From Sphingomonas sp. (GTDB lineage Bacteria > Pseudomonadota > Alphaproteobacteria > Sphingomonadales > Sphingomonadaceae): a stretch of DNA of 64,000 nucleotides. The stretch spans positions 5,914 to 69,913 of the forward strand of contig NZ_DASTXI010000060.1 in NCBI RefSeq assembly GCF_035758555.1, given 5' to 3'. The notes beneath the pieces were generated by a model. The model did no database searches. It was not told where the DNA came from and was given only the letters and a program-made list of their open reading frames with translations. Position numbers and translations under genes: made by a program. Positions 59,495-64,000 of the stretch are shown here, in pieces (the stretch's first letter is position 1; each line of letters begins with the position of its first letter).

Positions 59495-59578
59495 CGCTCG
59501 TCCCGAGCGGAGCGCGTAGCGCGAAGTCGAGGGGCGTAGGCTCCGGGCAGCGCCCCTCGACTTCGCTCGGGACGAACG
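59495..59578. repeat. Palindromic repeat (family B), longer variant, between convergent genes
   Basis: CGCTCGTCCCGAGCG-GAGCGCGTAGCGCG-AAGTCGAGGGGCG...CGCCCCTCGACTTCGCTCGGGACGAACG. Confidence 0.9.
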
Positions 59579-59608
59579 AGCCGGTTTGATCGCTCGTTGC
59601 TCTAGCTG

Positions 59609-61993
59609 TTAAGCCTTTGGACGGAGCACCATGCGGGAGGCCGCATGTGCATCGACCGCGGCGCGGCTGAACAGCATCGGCTGCATATTGCCGTGGATCC
59701 AGGGCAGATATTGGTCGCGATAATGCGGCGAGCGGGGATCGTTCGATTGCCCGGGGAAATTGAGCATCAGCGAGTTGTCCCACGCGCCGACGTCGATCAC
59801 CTGCAGATAGCTCGCTCCGCCGCTGACGCGCCAGCTCGGCGCATCGCGCAGCCAGCGCGCCATGACAGTGTAGGAATCGCCGCCCGTACCTTCTCCCTCG
59901 ATGGCCGGAAACGCCGCCGCAATGGCCGGTATGCGTGACAGTGGGTGCGTGATCCGCACCTGATGCAGCGTCGCCCAGCGCCATTTAGCGGGGTCGGAAC
60001 CCAGCTGTTCCTGCGCACTGCTCCAGGCGGCAGCAAGCGCGGAGTCGAACATGGCATCGCGCGCCCGCTCAGGATCGGCGCCGAGCCGCGCGTCTGGGTG
60101 CGCGAGCAGGCCGAGCAACACCGAAGGCGAAATCTCCGTGACCAAAGCCTTGGCCCGTTCGGGAACGATTGCGGCCAGCGTCCGGTCGCTCAGGTCCCGC
60201 CACAGGATTTCGAACAGGGCGGCCGGCCCGCTGTCGGCATCCAGCCGCGCATCCCAGCCGCGCAGCATCGCGATTGCCGGCTCAGCACCGGGAGAAGCAT
60301 GCGCAGGCAACAAGGCGACCAGCTGCTGTGCGGGCGCGGACAGCGTGTCGTGCTGCAGCGCGACGCTGTCGGCCAGGCTGTGCTTCGGCTGCGACTCCAA
60401 CACGCTCGCGACCCGTTCATAGCGATAGGGATCGCGGAAGGAGAAAGCGGGGATGCGGTCGCGCGACCAATCGGGCGGAAGATTGTTCTGGTTGGACGAC
60501 CCGAACCAGCCCTTGGCCGGGTTGTATTCGCTCGGCAGTTCGCGGAAATCGCGCATTCCGGTCCAGTCGTAGCGGCCGTCGCCGGGCACCGGCATCAGCC
60601 CGACGCCCTTGCGGCGGATCGGCATGAAGCCGATCACCTGCCAGCCGTGATTGCCGTCGGCGTCGGCATAGTGAAAATTGGTCGGCGACGGATGAAGCTG
60701 GAATGCCGCCTTGTGCAGGTCCGCCCAGTCGCGCGCCAGGTTGATGGCGATCATGGAGAACGCGCCGCTGCCGCCCGGCTGCATGTCGATCGCTGCGAGC
60801 GCGGTGGCGCGGCGCTTGGCCGGGTCGTGCGAAATGACCGGGCCCTGGATGGCATAGCGGAGCGTGGCGGGCGTCGGGGCGGCGTCCTTCACCGGGATCG
60901 CGATGTCGACCCGCTCGAACGCTTTCCATTTCCCCTTATGGCGATAACGTTCGGGGTCCTCCGGGTGCAGCTCCAGGACGAACAGGTCTTCCTGGTCGAT
61001 ATGGAAATTGGTGCGGCCGAACGCGAAATGGTCGGTATGGCCCTGCATGATGCCCGGCAGGCCTGGCGCGCCGCCCCCGATCACGTCGAGGCCGGGGGCG
61101 CTCAGGTGAGCGACATGTCTGGGGTCGAACCCGCCAATGCCCAGATGCGGATCGTTGGCAAGGATCGGCCGCCCGGTCGCGGTGCGCGCCGGCCCGACCG
61201 TCCAGGCATTGCTCCCGGCATTGGCGCGGTCGATCGCATCCTGCCGCCGGCTGTCGGGATCGTCCTTCGGCACCAGCGTTCCGAACGGCAGCCGCCCCTG
61301 CCGCAGCACGCCCAGATCCGCTTCCGACACGGCGGCGGCATCAAGCCCCTCGGGCACCGCCAGAGGCCAGGCCGGGCGCAGCGGTGCGATGACGGCATCC
61401 AGCTCGAGCAGGCCCAGCGCCGCGAGCCGGGCGCGCCGGATTTCGTCGTCCACGTTGCCGATGGAGGCGCTACGCGCCAGCACCAGATCCTGCACATCCC
61501 ATTTCAGCGGCTGCACGCCCAGGATGGCATATTCCAGCGGCAGCAGCGCCGGGTTCTCCGTCACTTCGTCGATGCGCGCATTGACCCCGGCGACATAAGC
61601 GCGCGCGCAGGCGAGGACGTTCGGCGGGACGCGCGCCAGCTCCTTGTCGAGGTCGCCGCGATAGTGGAACAGCCGCGCCACCGCGTCATGCGACGCGAAC
61701 TCCGGCCCGAACGCCTCTGCCAGCTGGCCCATTTCGCGCCTGTGCGAAAGGTCGATCTGAAACAGCCGGTCGCGCGCGACCACATAGCCCTGTCCGAAAA
61801 ACGCGTCCGGGATCGATTCCGCGCGGATATGCGGCACGCCGTACGGATCGTCGATGATCTCGATCGGGGCCGACAGGGTATCGGCGCGCACTTGCCGCAG
61901 CCGGGACGGCCGGACCGCTTCAGCGGCGCGCCCCGCTGCCGAAAACGCCAGGGTGGCAGCCGAGCCAAGCAGAAACGAGCGGCGATCGAGCAT
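59609..61993 (-). CDS. Penicillin acylase family Ntn-hydrolase (peptidase S45), Tat-exported
   Basis: DRRSFLLG twin-Arg signal; GVPHI, DRLFQ, GSNAW nucleophile Ser, ANDPHL, PGQS..SPHY.DQ. Confidence 0.9.
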   Translation of the reverse strand: MLDRRSFLLGSAATLAFSAAGRAAEAVRPSRLRQVRADTLSAPIEIIDDPYGVPHIRAESIPDAFFGQGYVVARDRLFQIDLSHRREMGQLAEAFGPEFASHDAVARLFHYRGDLDKELARVPPNVLACARAYVAGVNARIDEVTENPALLPLEYAILGVQPLKWDVQDLVLARSASIGNVDDEIRRARLAALGLLELDAVIAPLRPAWPLAVPEGLDAAAVSEADLGVLRQGRLPFGTLVPKDDPDSRRQDAIDRANAGSNAWTVGPARTATGRPILANDPHLGIGGFDPRHVAHLSAPGLDVIGGGAPGLPGIMQGHTDHFAFGRTNFHIDQEDLFVLELHPEDPERYRHKGKWKAFERVDIAIPVKDAAPTPATLRYAIQGPVISHDPAKRRATALAAIDMQPGGSGAFSMIAINLARDWADLHKAAFQLHPSPTNFHYADADGNHGWQVIGFMPIRRKGVGLMPVPGDGRYDWTGMRDFRELPSEYNPAKGWFGSSNQNNLPPDWSRDRIPAFSFRDPYRYERVASVLESQPKHSLADSVALQHDTLSAPAQQLVALLPAHASPGAEPAIAMLRGWDARLDADSGPAALFEILWRDLSDRTLAAIVPERAKALVTEISPSVLLGLLAHPDARLGADPERARDAMFDSALAAAWSSAQEQLGSDPAKWRWATLHQVRITHPLSRIPAIAAAFPAIEGEGTGGDSYTVMARWLRDAPSWRVSGGASYLQVIDVGAWDNSLMLNFPGQSNDPRSPHYRDQYLPWIHGNMQPMLFSRAAVDAHAASRMVLRPKA

Positions 61994-62066
61994 CAGCAAT
62001 TCTCCCGGTGGCGCCATAGCCTAGCGGCAGGCGTCGCTCCGTGTCCCATCACAAGCGGGCCGGCGA

Positions 62067-62085
62067 CCATAGAGGTGAGCTATGG
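62067..62085. promoter_or_regulatory. Perfect LysR-type palindrome before the acylase gene
   Basis: CCATAG-AGGTGAG-CTATGG (T-N11-A core). Confidence 0.6.
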
Positions 62086-62118
62086 CCTCCTGTTCGGATC
62101 GCGATCCGGCGGAGCGGC

Positions 62119-63770
<1,652 letters not shown>

Positions 63771-63771
<1 letters not shown>

Positions 63772-64000
63772 CATTGTTCGGCTTCCTCCTCTTCGGCTTC
63801 CTCGCCGCCGCTTTCCTTCGACGACCCCGCCGGCTGGGCGGGAAGCGCCTTGCGCTCGACCGGCTTCAACCCGGCGCGCTTCAACTGGGCATTGAGCGGC
63901 GCGAGCTCGCTGTCGAGCAGCTGGTCGAGCGCCTTAAGCTGCGTGTCGAGCTGTGCGGAAAGGTCGGCAAAGACCAATTCGCTCTGCTCGGTCGGCGGCG
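63771..64000 (-). CDS. C-terminal fragment of a protein starting beyond the window (helical tail reminiscent of large BNR/VPS10-repeat hydrolases)
   Basis: Frame is open to the window edge; PPTEQ...ELAPLNAQLKRAGL; stop overlaps the M28 start. Confidence 0.5.

Overview
GC-rich alphaproteobacterial chromosome segment, most consistent with Sphingomonadaceae (inferred from gene content, order and repeat types). Bases 1-41.7 kb are mostly core or semi-core genes: TPR protein, PAP2-like membrane enzyme, ispE, ilvD, nnr, RNA methyltransferase, a polyamine operon (ornithine decarboxylase plus deoxyhypusine-synthase-like protein), two iron-type TonB-receptor/PepSY loci with Fur-like boxes, two cysteine desulfurases with a ferredoxin, a frameshifted PAS hybrid kinase, class II DAHP synthase and the large NAD-GDH. 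After tRNA-Thr(CGT) a ~22 kb cluster starts that reads as a peptidoglycan/muropeptide utilisation locus. It holds a TonB receptor, an AmpG-like permease, exported peptidases/amidases, MurQ with a BadF-type sugar kinase, DgcN/DgcA-like D-Glu genes with a symporter, and lysA; four of its promoter regions share a LysR-type CATAG-N7-CTATG motif. Other notable signals: a 76-bp palindromic repeat inserted in frame in a cysteine desulfurase, a uORF plus SD-sequestering leader before ornithine decarboxylase, a sigma54/IHF promoter followed by a structured non-coding stretch, and a leader-peptide/attenuator-like element before an Rnk/Gre-like operon. All product calls come from motif recognition by eye; no database search was run.
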